Source of the DNA: Macrostomum lignano
Taxonomy: Eukaryota
Direction: 5' to 3'
Length of the DNA stretch: 64,000 nucleotides
NCBI GenBank assembly: GCA_002269645.1
Contig: NIVC01000507.1
Coordinates: 248,001-312,000 of the forward strand
Shown here: in pieces, positions 1 through 12,688 of the stretch
Position numbering within the stretch: position 1 is the first letter of the stretch
How the letters are laid out: every line of letters starts with the position of its first letter
Program-made: the position numbers and the translations under genes
The notes under the pieces: model-generated
Told to the model about the DNA's origin: nothing
The model's input: only the letters and a program-made list of their open reading frames with translations
Databases searched by the model: none

Positions 1-1490
1 GCCACTCTGATATCCCATAGCCACTCTGATATCCCCATAGCCACTATGATATCCCATAGCCACTCTGATATCCCCATAGCCACTATGATATCACCATAGC
101 CACTCTGATATCCCCATAGCCACTCTGATATCACCATAGCCACTCTGATATCACCATAGCCTCTCTGATATCCCCATAGCCACTCTGATATGCCCATAGC
201 CACTCTGATATCCCCATAGCCACTCTGATATGCCCATAGCCACTCTGATATCCCCATAGCTTCTGGCACCCTGATATCGCCATAGCCACTCTGATATCCC
301 CATAGCTTCTGGCACCCTGATATCGCCATAGCCACTCTGATATCCCCATAGCCACTCTGATATCACCATAGCCACTCTGATATCACCATAGCCACTCTGA
401 TATCCCATAGCCTCTCTGATATCCCATAGCCACTCTGATATCCCATAGCCTCTCTGATATCCCATAGCCACTCTGATATCCCATAGCCACTCTGATATCC
501 CATAGCCACTCTGATATCCCCATAGCCACTCTGATATCACCATAGCCACTCTGATATCCCATAGCCACTCTGATATCCCATAGCCACTCTGATATCCCCA
601 TAGCCACTCTGATATCACCATAGCCACTCTGATATCCCATAGCCTCTCTGATATCCCCATAGCCACTCTGATATGCCCATAGCCACTCTGATATCCCCAT
701 AGCCACTCTGATATCCCATAGCCACTCTGATATCCCATAGCCACTCTGATATCACCATAGCCACTCTGATATCCCCATAGCCACTATGATATCACCATAG
801 CCACTCTGATATCCCATAGCCACTCTGATATCCCCATAGCCACTCTGATATCCCATAGCCACTCTGATATCCCATAGCCACTCTGATATCACCATAGCCA
901 CTCTGATATCACCATAGCCTCTCTGATATCCCCATAGCCACTCTGATATGCCCATAGCCACTCTGATATCCCCATAGCCACTCTGATATGCCCATAGCCA
1001 CTCTGATATCCCCATAGCCACTCTGATATGCCCATAGCCACTCTGATATCCCCATAGCTTCTGGCACCCTGATATCGCCATAGCCACTCTGATATCCCCA
1101 TAGCTTCTGGCACCCTGATATCGCCATAGCCACTCTGATATCCCCATAGCCACTCTGATATCACCATAGCCACTCTGATATCACCATAGCCACTCTGATA
1201 TCCCATAGCCTCTCTGATATCCCCATAGCCACTCTGATATCCCCATAGCCTCTCTGATATCCCCATAGCCACTCTGATATCCTCATAGCCACTCTGATAT
1301 CCCCATAGCCACTCTGACATCCCTGATATCCTCATAGCTTCACTCTGACATCCCTGATATCATCATAGCTTCACTCTGACATCCCTGATATCCTCATAGC
1401 TTCACTCTGACATCCCTGATATCCTCATAGCTTCACTCTGACATCCCTGATATCCTCATAGCTTCACCCTGACATCCCCATAGCCACCCT
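1..1490. repeat. Minisatellite, ~19-20 bp unit GCCACTCTGATAT(C)CCCATA, shifting to a ~31 bp variant after ~1310
   Basis: Direct tandem periodicity; runs off the window start; source of the spurious ORFs at 131-1335. Confidence 0.95.
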
Positions 1491-1576
1491 GGCATAGCTA
1501 GGTGCATCCGACCCGGTGTCCACCTATCACTTCTCTCTATACTATTATGCATGAAACTCCTGCACTCGCTCAAGCC

Positions 1577-2740
1577 ATGGTGGTATTCACCTGCGAAGCC
1601 TGTAACGAATCGTTAAAAAAGAACAAAGTCGAACAGCACCTCTATCGATGCAAACGAGCCCGTCACGTGACCTGCATCGACTGTCAAGTGGATTTCGATC
1701 GGGAATCGTTTAAATCGCACACTTCTTGCATCTCGGAGATGGAGAAATACTCCGGGCCTGGCTACGTTGCTAAGCCCTCGGCTAATAAAGGCGCTAAGAA
1801 GCAGGACGACTGGTTCCAACGGGTGCAGTCAGCGATTGACAGCTGCCACCAGCAGCCCAATAGTCCTCTATCCCGCGTACTGTACAAAGTACGCGAATCG
1901 TCCAACGTGCCTAGAAAGCAGGCTAAATTTATTAATTTCTGCCGCAACAGCCTGCCCTGGGTTAATCAGGCTGTTATTCAGCAGGCCTGGGATTTGCTAA
2001 CTGAAACTGCAGCCGCGTCTGCTCCAACGCAGAACTCCAACGAGGCTGATTCTAAGAAACGGTCAGCAGATGCTGAAGCCGCTGCAGATGACGACGAGAA
2101 ACCCGCTCTCAAGAAGGCAAAGAAGAGCGAAGAGGAGTCGAGCTTTGTAAAGACTGACGTTGAAGAAGCGGAAGAACAGGCGCAATTGTCAAGCAAAAAG
2201 AATAAGAAAAAGAAAAAAAAGAAAGACAGAGAGATTAAAGAAGAACCCAACCAGATCGAAGCCATTGAAGCTGATGTAGCTTTGCCGGAAGCAGAAGTGG
2301 AAGAGAATCCCGAGAAAAAGCAGAAGAAAAAGAAGAAGAAAAGCAAGTTGGCGGATCCCAATCAGGAGAAGCTGTGCACTGAGAATGGCGAATTGCTCAA
2401 CATCGACGAAACTCCGACAAAGAAAAAGAAGAAGTCAATGGAACAGACTGAGTCCAAAGATGCCGAACTGGCAGCAGCTGCTGCAGCCGCTGACGAAACT
2501 GCGGATTGCTTTGAAGCCAATGGCGATTCAAATGTAGAAAGGAAGAAAAGTAAAAAGAAAAAGAGAAAGTCCAGTCAGAATGGTATTGACAAACCAACAG
2601 CTGAGCAGCCAGATGAGCCTGTTGCTGTTGTTGCTGCTGCTGCGGAGCTATCAGAGAAAAAGAAAAAGAAAAAGAAAAAGAGAAAGCAGAACGAGGCTGA
2701 GGCTTCGATGATGACGGCTTGTAGTGTCGTCTCAGTTTAA
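1577..2740 (+). CDS. LYAR: Cell growth-regulating nucleolar protein LYAR, intronless, 387 aa
   Basis: MVVFTCEACNESLKKNKVEQHLYRC...VTCIDCQVDF...HTSCISEMEKY is the LYAR tandem C2HC zinc-finger N-terminus; Lys/Glu-rich tail; ATG at 1577 (GCCATGG); AATAAA at 2830. Confidence 0.92.
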   Translation: MVVFTCEACNESLKKNKVEQHLYRCKRARHVTCIDCQVDFDRESFKSHTSCISEMEKYSGPGYVAKPSANKGAKKQDDWFQRVQSAIDSCHQQPNSPLSRVLYKVRESSNVPRKQAKFINFCRNSLPWVNQAVIQQAWDLLTETAAASAPTQNSNEADSKKRSADAEAAADDDEKPALKKAKKSEEESSFVKTDVEEAEEQAQLSSKKNKKKKKKKDREIKEEPNQIEAIEADVALPEAEVEENPEKKQKKKKKKSKLADPNQEKLCTENGELLNIDETPTKKKKKSMEQTESKDAELAAAAAAADETADCFEANGDSNVERKKSKKKKRKSSQNGIDKPTAEQPDEPVAVVAAAAELSEKKKKKKKKRKQNEAEASMMTACSVVSV

Positions 2741-3004
2741 TTAACGTTTGGGTTAGAAACTCCTTTCTATCTTTCGCGTCTGTCTTGAAGCATCCTGATA
2801 AAAGTGCATCCGTATAATTCTAATTATAAAATAAATATATTTGACAACAGCATTCTACCGCAGCATTTACACTTTAATTGTTATGTTAATGCTTGGAGGA
2901 AACCTGTCACTGAATTGCATTATAATTCTTTGCTTGATTGTAATCCAAAGGGAAATAGGAAAATTTGATTATGAGTTGATAAGCAGATCCTATTATCAAG
3001 TATT

Positions 3005-3562
3005 GAGATCCCATTTTCAACCCCCCCCCGCCCAATGAGATCCCCTTTTCAATTTCTAATGAGATCCCATTTTTAGCTCCCAATGAGATCCCATTTTCAG
3101 CTCTTAACCAGATCCCATTTTAATCCCCCCAATGAGATCCCATTTTTCAAATTTCAATGAGATCCCATTTCCAACTCCCAATGAGGTCCCATTTTTTAGC
3201 TCCTAATGAGATCCCATTTTTCAAATTTCAATGAGATCCCATTTCCAACTCCCAATGAGGTCCCATTTTTTAGCTCCCAATGAGATCCCATTTTTCAAAT
3301 TTCAATGAGATCCCATTTCCAACTCCCAATGAGGTCCCATATTTTAGCTCCCAATGAGATCCCATTTTTCAAATTTCAATGAGATCCCATTTCCAACTCC
3401 CAATGAGGTCCCATTTTTTAGCTCCCAATGAGATCCCATTTTCAATTCCCAATGAGATCCCACTTTCAATTCCTAATGAGATCCCATATTCAACTCCAAA
3501 TGAGATCCCATATTCAACTCCAAATGAGATTAAATTTTCAACCTCTAATCAGATCCCATTTT
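3005..3562. repeat. Degenerate minisatellite, ~24-26 bp, core AATGAGATCCCATTT
   Basis: Direct tandem periodicity, ending at TTTTAAG (3565). Confidence 0.9.
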
Positions 3563-3591
3563 AAGTCCTTCAACGCCGTCTGACTGCTTGC

Positions 3592-4203
3592 ATGCAACAG
3601 CAGGAGGACTCTAAGCAGCTGGTGCCGCAGCTGCGAGCTCGAATCGCTGCCCTCGAGTCGGAGCTGAAATCAGCCAAGCAAAAGTTAGAGGAACTGCGTC
3701 GCGCTAAATCTACAGTGTTGGTCAAGCGAGAACGCGAAGTACTGCAGGTTGGCTTGCCGTTTTCTGGTGGCGTAGGGGGCGCCTCGTCTTCCTCAACAAC
3801 TACAGTTGCCAAGGTGACGCCGAAATCCATAACAGCTGCTCCGACGGTAGTTAATCCGACAGATAGCGGCGGCGAAGACAATGCTAACACCGACGATATT
3901 ATAGCCGCTCTGAAAGCTCGAATAGATCAACTTGAAGACGAAAATACTGCTTTGCTTAGCAATCAAACCTACTTAGAGACGCTGCACAATGAACTATTAA
4001 CTCAGTTGTCGGTTAAAGAGGCTCAATTAGTTGAAGCTCAGGAGCATTTCCAGCGTAAGGCTGAGGAAACATTCAGCGAGAAATACGCACAGTGGATGCA
4101 GGGAGTTGAGGCTAAAATGGCTGAGCTGAGCCACGACAATGCAGTGCTGCGAGCTCGGCTGGCTTCCGAAGGATCGGCGCCTGATGGAGCTTCGACAAGT
4201 TGA
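3592..4203 (+). CDS. Hypothetical coiled-coil protein, 203 aa; may extend 5' to the acceptor at 3565
   Basis: Non-repetitive GC-rich ORF with heptad-like segments (LRARIAALESELKSAKQKLEEL; LKARIDQLEDENTAL); frame open back to 3565; no family recognised. Confidence 0.7.
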   Translation: MQQQEDSKQLVPQLRARIAALESELKSAKQKLEELRRAKSTVLVKREREVLQVGLPFSGGVGGASSSSTTTVAKVTPKSITAAPTVVNPTDSGGEDNANTDDIIAALKARIDQLEDENTALLSNQTYLETLHNELLTQLSVKEAQLVEAQEHFQRKAEETFSEKYAQWMQGVEAKMAELSHDNAVLRARLASEGSAPDGASTS

Positions 4204-4384
4204 CGAGTTTTGCGCGCACTTGTTTCTCCTGTCGAAATTCTCTAATCGCCTTGTCAATCATAATAATCGTTTAAAGAAGTTCGAGAATCGCCAAAGGAAT
4301 CATAAAAAATCGTACTATTAAATCACCTCTTAAGAATGTCAAAAAAATCTTAAGATAGATGTAAATCGCCTCATTAATCTTTGA

Positions 4385-4970
4385 AATCGCCAAAAGAATC
4401 TTAAGGTGATTGAGAATCGCCCTGATGAATCTTGAGATGATTGAGAATCGCCCTGATGAATATTGAGATGATTGAGAATCGCCCTGATGAATCTTGAGAT
4501 GATTGAGAATCGCCTCGTGAGTTGTGAAATGATTGAGAATCGCTATGATGAATCTTGAGATGATTGAAAATCGCCCTGATGAATCTTGAGATGATTGAGA
4601 ATCGCCCTGATGAATCTTGAGATGATTGAGAATCGCCATGATGAATCTTGAGATGATTGAGAATCGCCTCGTGAGTTGTGAAATGATTGAGAATCGCTAT
4701 GATGAATCTTGAGATAATTGAAAATCGCCCTGATGAATCTTGAGATGATTGAGAATCGCCCTGATGAATCTTGAGATGATTGAGAATCGCCATGATGAAT
4801 CTTGAGATGATTGAGAATCGCCCTGATGAATCTTGAGATGATTGAGTATCGCCTCGTGAGTTGTGAAATGATTGAGAATCGCTATGATGAATCTTGAGAT
4901 GATTGATAATCGCTCTGATGAATCTTGAGATGATTGAGAATCGCCATGATGAATCTTGAGATGATTGAGA
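4385..4970. repeat. Minisatellite, 31 bp unit GATGAATCTTGAGATGATTGAGAATCGCCCT
   Basis: Direct tandem periodicity. Confidence 0.93.
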
Positions 4971-5710
4971 TCTAAATGTAAATCTCTCATGTAAATCTCT
5001 CTGTTCTGGCTTGAGATCTTTTTCTATGAACCTAATTTTTTGTGTATTTTACAATTTTTTCGCTCGAATTATTTTAAAATAGCTTTGTCGTTATTTTTAT
5101 TCTGTTTTGAATAGTTTCCGTTTTTTAGCCAATGTATCGCTGTGATAATCGAATTTTTTTACGAGCGTAGTTTTAATTAAAATCCACTTTTATCTTGCAG
5201 GGGTCTAAAGGCCGAAACTGGCAATTTGTGTGTAGCTTTTTATAGATCGAAAGCGTTTTGCTGTAACTTGCTTGTAATAATTACGAATCTTCTGTGTGTC
5301 CCCTATTTTGGCAAACCTTGTTCTCCGGAGTTTTGTGTGTTAAATTGACCCGAGGGCCAACCCCCAAGGCACGTAATGTGTACATGACTGACGATTAAAC
5401 AGTCACGGGCCGCTGTACACCCTGCAGTATTGTATGTGCTCGGCTGAGTCAGCAGAATGGGCAGGTTTGACATTCCAGATGCTTAGTTCCAGATCTCCTT
5501 GGCTAATGGGAGGCGCAGATGGCTTCTCATCGGTCGGGCTGAGACGGGTCCACAAGAGACGGGAGAGCCTTTTAATTAGGCTTCGTTAGGCTAAGGAAAA
5601 GTAAGATAGCTGTCTGTATTTTATTTCTGCTACTAAGGGAGAAAAAAGCGAGTTACCGGGCAATCTTGCTTAGTAATTACTTAAAAGAATCTGTGCCTGG
5701 TCTTTAGTAG

Positions 5711-5812
5711 AGAGAGGCACACAGAAAGGACGCTACAGCTGGTTTAATGTACTCGGAGTTGGTCAGACAGGCATTGGATAGCTGCCTAGAGGAAGTCATC
5801 TCATGTCAGTTT
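5711..5812 (+). CDS. Putative upstream exon of the unidentified gene (…MYSELVRQALDSCLEEVISCQF)
   Basis: TAGTAG acceptor, 34 open codons, strong donor TTT|GTAAGT at 5813; linkage to the next exon unresolved. Confidence 0.45.
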
Positions 5813-5994
5813 GTAAGTGCACTAGCGTGCCCATGCTTACTCTTATTCCTCTTGATACTTTGACTTGTTCTCTTTGGCTATTAATTAAATGTTGAGCTGA
5901 AATTTTTATATAGACTTGGAAACAATGTTTGTTAATTTCTCATTTCAGCGGGTTAGCATCTGAGGTACAAATAAACTTAGCTGCCTAGATTTAA

Positions 5995-6825
5995 TCTAGC
6001 ACCTGACAAGCTACTTTAGCACCTGACAAGCTACTTTAGCACCTGACAAGCCACTTTAGCACCTGACAAGCCACTTTAGCACCTGACAAGCAACTTTAGC
6101 ACCTGACAAGCCACTTTAGCACCTGACAAGTCACTTTAGCACCTGACAAGACACTTTAGCAACTGACAAGCCAGTTTAGCATCTGACAAGCCACTTGAGC
6201 ATCTGACAAGCCACTATGGAACCTGACAAGCACATTTGCATCTGACAAGCCACTATAGAACCTGACAAGCAACTTTAGCACCTGACAAGCCACTTTAGCA
6301 CCTGACAAGCCACTTTAGCGCCTGACAAGCCATTTTAGCACCTGACAAGCCACTTTAGCACCTGACAAGCCACTATAGAACCTGACAAGCAACTTTAGCA
6401 CCTGACAAGCCACTATAGAACCTGACAAGTCACTTTAGCACCTGACAAGCCACTATAGAACCTGACAAGCAACTTTAGCACCTGACAAGCTACTTTAGCA
6501 CCTGACAAGCCACTTTAGCACCTGACAGGCCACTTTAGCACCTGACAAGCTACTATAGAACCTGACAAGCTACTATAGAACCTGACAAGCAACTTTAGCA
6601 CCTGACAAGCTACTTTAGCACCTGACAAGCTACTTTAGCACCTGACAAGCCACTTTAGCACCTGACAGGCCACTTTAGCACCTGACAAGCTACTATAGAA
6701 CCTGACAAGCTACTATAGAACCTGACAAGCGACTTTAGCATCTGACAAGCCACTATAAAACCTGACAAGCAACTTTAGCACCTGACAAGCCACTCAAACA
6801 CATCAAAAGCCATTTTAGCACCTAA
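5995..6825. repeat. Intronic minisatellite, 20 bp unit CTTTAGCACCTGACAAGCCA
   Basis: Direct tandem periodicity. Confidence 0.95.
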
Positions 6826-6837
6826 AAGACAACTTAG

Positions 6838-7306
6838 TGTTATCTTACGAGCTCAGTCGTTTAAAGCTAGACTTTTTGAGCAACGAAAATATTTCTAGTA
6901 AATTTCACATTAACTTCATGCCACCAAATTCACTGGCACTACAAATGGTATTAGCGGTGCTTATTCACTACAGCCGCGGCGGCAAAGTGGTGCCCCTATA
7001 TTGGCAAATCTTTATCGACTTAAGCGAGAGTGTCGGGCCCGCCGATTCAAGCGCTACGGCCTCGACTGCTGTAGCCGCCGGTGAAGTCGAAGTCGATGAT
7101 GACGAATCGCGACACCAAGCCAACGACGATTCAGCGTCCAGCGCCACCGCCGCCGCCGGAGCCGATTCCGACAATTTCGGTGGCGGCGGTGGAAACGACG
7201 CAGCTAGTCGAATCGACACTGGTTCGGTTGTGTCGTTTGGCTCTCAGTCGACTGCCCTGAGCGCCGCAACCACCGGAGCTAGCACTGCCGCTGGACATAT
7301 CGGCAG
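6838..7306 (+). CDS. Internal exon of the unidentified gene; 5' boundary uncertain (6838/6852/6867)
   Basis: Open frame SYELSRLKLDF...VVPLYWQIFIDL plus Ala/Ser/Asp-rich linker; donor AG|GTGAGA at 7307 (phase 2) matches the phase of the acceptor at 8459. Confidence 0.65.
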
Positions 7307-7384
7307 GTGAGAAGCGGTGTTGCTCGCGGTTTTAGGATAGAACTAGCGATCTTAAAGCGCCATGGCTCACAGGGAGAGATGGCG

Positions 7385-8357
7385 TCAATGGCGGGGTTGC
7401 TGAGATGCCATGGCTTAATGGGGGGGGGGTTGCTGAGTTGCCATGGCTTAAGGGGGGTTGCTGAGATGCCATGGCTTAATGGGGAGTTGCTGAGATGCCA
7501 TGGCTCGCAGGGGGAGTTGCTGAGATGCCATGGCTCACAGTGATAGTTGCTGAGATGCCATGGCTCACAGTGATAATTGCTGAGATGCCATGGCTTAAGG
7601 GGGGTTGCTGAGATGCCATGGCTTAATGGGGAGTTGCTGAGATGCCATGGCTTAAGGGGGGTTGCTGAGATGCCATGGCTTAAGGGGGGTTGCTGAGATG
7701 CCATGGCTTAATGGGGAGTTGCTGAGATGCCATGGCTTAAGGGGGGGTTGCTGAGATGCCATGGCTTAACGGGGGGGGGTTGCTGAGATGCCATAGCTTA
7801 AGGGGGGTTGCTGAGATGCCATGGCTTAATGGGGAGTTGCTGAGATGCCATGGCTCGCAGGGGGAGTTGCTGAGATGCCATGGCTCACTGGGAGAGTTGC
7901 TGAGATGCCATGGCTCACAGTGATAATTGCTGAGATGCCATGGCTTAAGGGGGGTTGCTGAGATGCCATGGCTTAATGGGGAGTTGCTGAGATGCCATGG
8001 CTTAAGGGGGGTTGCTGAGATGCCATGGCTTAACGGGGGGTTGCTGAGATGCCATGGCTTAAGGGGGGTTGCTGAGATGCCATGGCTTAAGGGGGTTGCT
8101 GAGATGCCATGGCTTAACGGGGGGGGGGGTTGCTGAGATGCCATGGCTTAACGGGGGGGTTGCTGAGATGCCATGGCTTAACGGGGGGGGGGGTTGCTGA
8201 GATGCCATGGCTTAAGGGGGGTTGCTGAGATGCCATGGCTTAATGGGGAGTTGCTGAGATGCCATGGCTCGCAGGGGGAGTTGCTGAGATGCCATGGCTC
8301 ACAGGGGAGTTGCTGAGATGCCATGGCTCACAGGGGAGTTGCTGAGATGCCATGGCT
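7385..8357. repeat. Intronic minisatellite, ~28-30 bp unit GGGGGTTGCTGAGATGCCATGGCTTAA
   Basis: Direct tandem periodicity; similar to the reverse complement of the subrepeat at 47640-48360. Confidence 0.95.
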
Positions 8358-8459
8358 AGATTTAGACTGACAGATACACTACTAACTAGCAGTAGACAGT
8401 TAGAAAGTACAGTCGCTCTAATTCCATAATCCCCTGCTTCCCCTCTCATATCCATCCAG

Positions 8460-8994
8460 ATCCTCAGCCAGTCGAATTCCTCGCCGCTGCCCGTTGCTGT
8501 CTCTGGCCAAACGTGTGGACGCCGAGTGGCAATTGGTTCGGGCTAGCCAAGCCTTGGCATCGGCCTCTGCCAATCAGGGTGCCCAACACGCCGAAGCGGA
8601 AGATCTTCGCCGGCTAGCAGCAGATTCAATGCCAGATTTTTGTCGCGGTGTCTGCCCGGCAGTTGCCGGTATGAATAGGCGGCTTCCTAGAGAGTTGGAG
8701 ACTGGCAATGCTGTATGGTTGGCTGCAGCCAGTCTGTGCCTGACTCTGGTCTGCTCTCCGGAAGAGAATGTCTCCCTAGCTGGTCACTGTCTGCTGTCTC
8801 TAGCTAAGCGTCTGCACTCGCTAACTAGATTTCTGTTGCAGCCAATGCAGCTCATCTATAGAGCTGAGACAGTCCGTCTGACTGTTAATGGCGCCCTGAC
8901 TGCTCACGGAGTTGCTCTGCCGTATTGTACATCGCGAGCTAATAAGGCTCGCGATCGATTGACCGAAATTGGAGCTAAATCGTGCAAATTCTGA
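8460..8994 (+). CDS. Terminal exon of the unidentified gene (helical, Leu/Ala-rich)
   Basis: Acceptor CATCCAG|A in phase 2 continues the 6838-7306 frame to TGA at 8992-8994. Confidence 0.7.
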
Positions 8995-9049
8995 TGCTTT
9001 GTTTTTTTATCTGATAGATGTTATATGTTTGTCTGGCGCTTCAGAAGTT

Positions 9050-9690
9050 CGGAAGTTTATAAGCTCGAACTTTATAAGCTCGAAACTTCATAAGCTCGAA
9101 CTTTTAAGCTCGAAGTTTATAAGCTCGAACTTCATAAACTCGAAATTTTTAAGGTCGAAACTTCATAAGCTCGAACTTTATAATCTCGAAACTTTATTAG
9201 CTCGAACTTTATAAGCTCGAAACCTCATAAGCTCGAACTTTTTAAGCTCGAAGTTTATAAGCTCGAAACTTCATAAGCTCGAAACTTCATAAGCTCGAAG
9301 TTTATAAGCTCGAACTTAATAAGCTCGAAACTTCATATGCTCGAACTTTTTAAGCTCGAAACTTCATAAGCTCGAAACTTCATAAGCTCGAAGTTTATAA
9401 GCTCGAACTTAATAAGCTCGAACTTTATAAGCTCGAAACTTCATATGCTCGAACTTTTTAAGCTCGAAACTTCATAAGCTCGAACTTTATAAGCTCGAAG
9501 TTTATATGCTCGAAACTTCATAAGCTCGAACTTTTTAAGCTCGAAACTTCATAAGCTCGAACTTTTTAAGCTCGAAACTTCATAAGCTCGAACTTTATAA
9601 GCTCGAAACCTTATGAGCTCGAAACTTTATAAGCTCAAAACTTCATAAATTTGAAACTTCATAAGCTTGAAACCTTATAAGTTGAAACTT
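9050..9690. repeat. Minisatellite, 15-16 bp unit ATAAGCTCGAA(A)CTT
   Basis: Direct tandem periodicity. Confidence 0.93.
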
Positions 9691-9974
9691 TGTTAACCTA
9701 GCTCAGTAATTTATAGGGCGGAAATTTCATGTCGTAATGAATTTTACGATATGAAGTTTCGAGCTTCTGAAGTTGACGTTGGCTACGAGTATATTCGATG
9801 ATGTAATCTCGATCTCCGAGCCCCGTTTATATGCATATGCGAGGTTGCTTGCTACATTGCTTCTTTCAATACAATTTATTGTATATATTAATTTAGTTTG
9901 TCTTTCAACTGTCTTATATTCTTTTAAGCTGTCTTTTTGTAATTGTTTGCACCAGCGACTGTAGGCCAAGCTAA

Positions 9975-11150
9975 ATGACACTGACACATCATCAACTGAC
10001 TAACTGATTCAGTACTGTCTGACACATCTTATCCTACTGACGCATCACTGTCTGACACATCTTATCCTACTGACACATCTTTTCCTACTGACGCATCACT
10101 GTCTGACACATCTTATCCTACTGACGCATTACTGTCTGACACATCTTATCCTACTGACGCATCACTGTCTGACACATCTTATCCTACTGACGCATCACTG
10201 TCTGACACATCTTATCCTACTGACACATCTTTTCCTACTGACGCATCACTGTCTGACACATCTTATCCTACTGACGCATTACTGTCTGACACATCTTATC
10301 CTACTGACACATCTTTTCCTACTGACGCATCACTGTCTGACACATCTTATCCTACTGACGCATCACTGTCTGACACATCTTGTCCTACCGACGCATCACT
10401 GTCTGACACATCTTATCCTACCTACGCATCACTGTCTGACACATCTTATCCTACTGACACATCTTTTCCTACTGACGCATCACTGTCTGACACATTTATC
10501 CTACTGACGCATCACTGTCTGACACATCTTGTCCTACCGACGCATCACTGTCTGACACATCTTATCCTACTGACGCATCACTGTCTGACACATCTTATCC
10601 TACTGACGCATCACTGTCTGACACATCTCATCCTACTGACGCATCACTGTCTGACACATCTTATCCTACTGACGCATCACTGTCTGACACATCTCATCCT
10701 ACTGACGCATCACTGTCTGACACATCTTATCCTACTGACGCATCACTGTCTGACACATCTTATCCTACTGACACATCTTATTCTACTGTCGCATCACTGT
10801 CTGACACATCTTATCCTACTGACACATCTTATTCTACTGACGCATCACTGTCTGACCCATCTTGTCCTACTGACACATCTTATTCTACTGACGCATCACT
10901 GTCTGACCCATCTTATCCTACTGACACATCTTATTCTACTGACGCATCACTGTCTGACACATCTTATCCTACTGACACATCTTATTCTACTGACGCATCA
11001 CTGTCTGACACATCTTATCCTACTGACACATCTTATTCTACTGACGCATCACTGTCTGACACATCTTATCCTACTGACATATCTTATTCTACTGACGCAT
11101 CACTGTCTGACACATCTCATCCTACTGACGCATCACTGTCTGACACATCC
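9975..11150. repeat. Minisatellite, 33 bp unit TGACACATCTTATCCTACTGACGCATCACTGTC with 18 bp half-units
   Basis: Direct tandem periodicity, ending ~20 nt before the acceptor TTGCAG at 11170. Confidence 0.95.
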
Positions 11151-11200
11151 TGCTGACATCATCATTGCAGACCCCGTAGTCAGCCCAGCCAAGCAGAAAA

Positions 11201-11785
11201 ATGACAGCAACTGACAGCGCCAACGAAGCTCTCTACCCCATCGCTGTGCTCATCGATGAGTTACGCAACGAGGATGTTCAACTCCGTCTCAATAGCGTCA
11301 AGAAGCTGTCAACAATCGCCCTGGCGCTAGGAGTTGAGCGCACCAGAACGGAGCTGATCCCATTCCTGACTGACACAATCTACGACGAGGACGAGGTGCT
11401 GCTCACCCTAGCCGAGCAGCTGGGCACCTTCATCCCGCTAGTCGGTGGCGACCAGTTCGCCCACGTGCTCCTGCCACCGCTGGAGAGCTTGGCCACTGTC
11501 GAGGAGACGGTTGTACGCGACAAAGCTGTCGAGTCGCTTCGCAAGCTGGCTGCGTCCCATAGTCCGGCAGATCTGGAAGCGCATTTTGTGCCGCTAGTTC
11601 GTCGGCTAGCCAATGGCGATTGGTTCACCTCGAGGACGTCCGCCTGCGGTTTGTTCTCAGTGTGCTACGAACGTGTCGGTGCGGCCGTGAAGCAGCAGCT
11701 GCGCCAGCACTTCAGCAATCTGTGCACCGACGATACGCCTATGGTTAGGCGTGCCGCCGCTGGCAAGATCGGCGAGCTGGCTCAG
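11201..11785 (+). CDS. PPP2R1A: PP2A scaffold/A subunit (PR65), exon 1
   Basis: [46 protein letters not shown] matches the PR65 N-terminus; donor CAG|GTTGGG; join(11201-11785,12689-13249,14671-15306) = 593 aa, all introns phase 0. Confidence 0.97.
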
Positions 11786-11799
11786 GTTGGGACTGTTTC

Positions 11800-12660
11800 A
11801 CACAATCTTTTTAATATCAATTCACACAATCATAGTCATACAAATTGGTTCACATAATCTTAAAAACTGATTCACATTTATAAAAAACTGTTCACGAATT
11901 CCTACAAGTCCATTCACACAATCTCATACACGTTCACACATTCCTTAAAGTCGGTTTACCCAATCCCATAAACGGTTCACAAAATCCCATAAAGCAGTCA
12001 CACAATCCAAGTTCACAAGATCCTATAATAACTCAGTTCATACAATCCCACAAGTTGGTTCACAATCCTACACATGGGCTCACGCAATCCTACAAGTTGG
12101 TTCACAATCCTACACATGGGTTCACACAATCATACAAGTTGCTTCACTCCATCAATTCACACAATCCTACGAATCGGTTCACACAATTCTACAAATCGGT
12201 TCACACAATCCTACAAGTTGCTTCACTCCATCAATTCACACAATCCTACGAATCGGCTCATACAATCCTATAAATTGGTTCACACCATCCTGCAAATCGA
12301 TTCACACAATCCTAAAAATCGGTTCACACAACAAGTCGGTTCACACAATCCTAAAAATCAGTTCACACAATCCTACACATTAATTCACACAGTCCTACGA
12401 ATCGGTTAACACAATCCTACACATCAATTCACACAATCCTACGAATCGGTTCACACAATCCTACAAATCGGTTCACACAACCCTACACATCAATTCACAC
12501 AATCCTACGAATCGTTTCACACAATCACAATCCTACAAGTTGCTTCACTCCATCAATTCACACAATCCTACGAATCGGTTCACACAACAAGTCGGTTCAC
12601 ACAATCCTATAAATCAGTTCACACAATCCCACAAACCAATTCACACAATCCTACTAATCT
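11800..12660. repeat. Degenerate minisatellite in PP2A-A intron 1, core TTCACACAATCCTAC
   Basis: Repeated motif at ~20-23 bp spacing. Confidence 0.85.
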
Positions 12661-12688
12661 ATTCAAACAACCTTTCCTCGCCGCGCAG

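Noticed and set aside
131-1335. ORFs of 74-197 aa (MAMGISEWLW...)
   Set aside because: Translations of the 20-bp minisatellite
5201-5600. Possible structured ncRNA or coding exon between an acceptor (5200) and a donor (5601)
   Set aside because: Stops in all frames near the donor and no recognisable Rfam motif; may be a 5'UTR exon but unsupported
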